In this document: one piece after another, positions 62,033 to 64,000 of the stretch
How the letters are laid out: each line of letters begins with the position of its first letter
Numbering within the stretch: the first letter of the stretch is position 1
NCBI RefSeq assembly: GCF_004010195.1
Contig: NC_057750.1
Coordinates: 12,127,144 to 12,191,143 of the forward strand
From: Chiloscyllium plagiosum
Taxonomy: Eukaryota
Reading direction: 5' to 3'
Length of the DNA: 64,000 bases
The notes under the pieces: model-generated
Database searches by the model: none
What the model was told of the DNA's origin: nothing
Seen by the model: only the letters and a program-made list of their open reading frames with translations
Program-made: the position numbers and the translations under genes

Positions 62033-62899
62033 CAATAAAAGCCAGCCTTGTCAGTGATGTGCATGCCCTGACAGTGGAAGAGAAAGGACATGATAGCAGA
62101 TACCTGGAACAATGTTGGCATGCTTTTAAACCTCCTGGGATGTTGTTTACTTTAGTTAATGAGGTTGCTATGAAAAAGCAGGATTAATATTGTGGAAAGG
62201 TTCAGCACAGAAGGACACCAGTCACTGATTATGTCTGTGTCAGATTAATGTTGTCGCCATCAGGGATTCTGAGAGACCTACTGCTGACAGACACTTGGAT
62301 CTGAGTGGGAGTGTACAACAGACTCTTCCTCTACTGTATGTTGTTTGCTAATATTTGATAGAGTCATTGCTATCATAACAAGAGTCAGAGGAGAATTAAT
62401 ATTGTTCAAATTGCATTGTTTCATTCTACATTATTACTTTCCTTTCATTATTCTCCAGGTCTGCCAATCTGTTGTCCCAATTATAGAACGTAGAACATTA
62501 CAGTGCAGTACAGGCCCTTTGGCCCTCGATGTTGTGCTGACCTATGAACCCAATATGAAGCCAAATAAATTATGTATTTATTTTCAAATGCAAATCTCCA
62601 AAGCCATTAATGAGCTCCTAATTTACTGAGTTTAAGATTACTGGTCCTACACTTGATCTGTAGAAGGGACACTCCTCACCAGGGCGTGGGAGAGGTGCTA
62701 ATCACTGGGGCATCTCCTCGAAGAGGGGAGATGGGCATACAAATTTGTCCTGAGAATGCCCAAGAAAATTCAGTCACAGGGTGTGGTGAGTAAAGTGGAC
62801 AGAATGTCTCAGGAAACGCTCTGTCAACATTAGGCCGTTTCTCTTTTGCACTTCCTGCTGATGGGCTCATTGCTGAACCCGTCAATAGCAACAAGTTAA

Positions 62900-63590
62900 T
62901 ACAGAGTGAGGGGTTGCAGAGCCTGAGAAGTGTGCGTTGGTAGGACAGGGGCTTGGAGGATAGTGACAGAAGGAAAGGGTACAGGGTTTGGGGGAAAGAA
63001 AGGGGCAGAGTTTAGGCTTCAGGAAGTTAGACTGGGGGGGCTGCAGGGGTCAGGGCAAATCAAATAGGAGGAGGAGACTGCAGGGGGTGAATGTGTGCAG
63101 GTTGCGGGTTCCTGGGGAGAGAGGAAAGAGGCTGCAGGAGTCTGGGAGGAGGAAGGAGAGAGAGAGAGAGAGAGAAACAGACAGACAAACAAAGAAAATG
63201 TGGTGGTTGGGAAGAAGGAAGTGGGGCTGAAGGTGTTCAGGGAAAGAGAGGGAGGAACTGGCTGTGGGGGAGGTTGCAAAGGTTCAGGGGAAAACAGGAA
63301 GTGAGGCTTCAGGGATTGACGGGGGTGATTGCAGCGGTTTTGGGAGAAAGGGATGGGAAGACTGTTAGTCAAGGGAGAGAGAGTGAGGGGAGGCTGTAGG
63401 GGCATGGAGGAGAGGGGGAAAGAGTGAGATAGAGAGGAAACTTCAGGGGTCAGGAGACAGGATGTTGAAGGCAGAAAAAGAGAATGGAAAGCTAGAGTCT
63501 TGGGGAGGCTAAAGGCGATGGGCTGGAGAGGAGGGAGGGTGTCAGTTGGGAATGTGAGCAGAGGGCAGTTAGAAAGGGGAGTGAACAGTT
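62900..63590. repeat. GA-rich low-complexity tract with (GA)n
   Basis: Purine-rich; (AG)n at ~63155-63175. Confidence 0.8.
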
Positions 63591-64000
63591 TTAAACCTGT
63601 CAACAAATGAACACTCATTTAACTAGGAGTCAGGAAAACTTGAATTCACTGAGGTAATAAACTCCTTGTAAAACAAATGTAGAATCTCTAGTTTAAGGGT
63701 GCAGCAGCCTAGGTGGCAAGTCTGGCAAATTCTATTGTTTGACTCTCCAGAAGTGCAAAAGGGGTCTGGAATGCGGTCCAGTAGTAAAGGTTAGTTCCAT
63801 GGTATCCTGGGTTGTTCAAAACACATTTGGTGTGGGCCATTTTGAGTCAACAGTTATGTACTGGTAAAGTGACTGGACTAGCAATCTAGAAGTCCAGGCT
63901 AATGCTGATACAAAATGGATTCAAATTCCATCATGGTTGTTGGTGGAATTTACTCCAAACAACAAAACCTGGAATTGAAAGGTAGTCTCAGTGATAGTGA

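Overview
Repeat-dominated, apparently intronic or intergenic DNA from a cartilaginous fish. HE1/V-SINEs and HER1-type CR1 LINEs point to a shark; a bamboo or carpet shark is likely but is inference. I cannot support any intact cellular protein-coding gene: every recognisable ORF is a transposon fragment. The window holds many CR1 LINE pieces, HE1, Deu-type and other tRNA-derived SINEs, Penelope-like elements (GIY-YIG ORFs plus minimal hammerhead-ribozyme motifs), a decayed Gypsy element and a related solo LTR, a Tigger-like MITE, a 5S rRNA pseudogene, a homogeneous 49-bp tandem array and a local duplication at about 19.7-23.5 kb. The best leads are the Penelope-associated hammerhead cores and fold-back elements, a gap-free diverged ~200-bp paralog pair, two CR1 copies with twin-priming-like inversions, a templated insertion and a few weak orphan exon candidates. 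Repeat boundaries were read by eye and are approximate to tens of bp.
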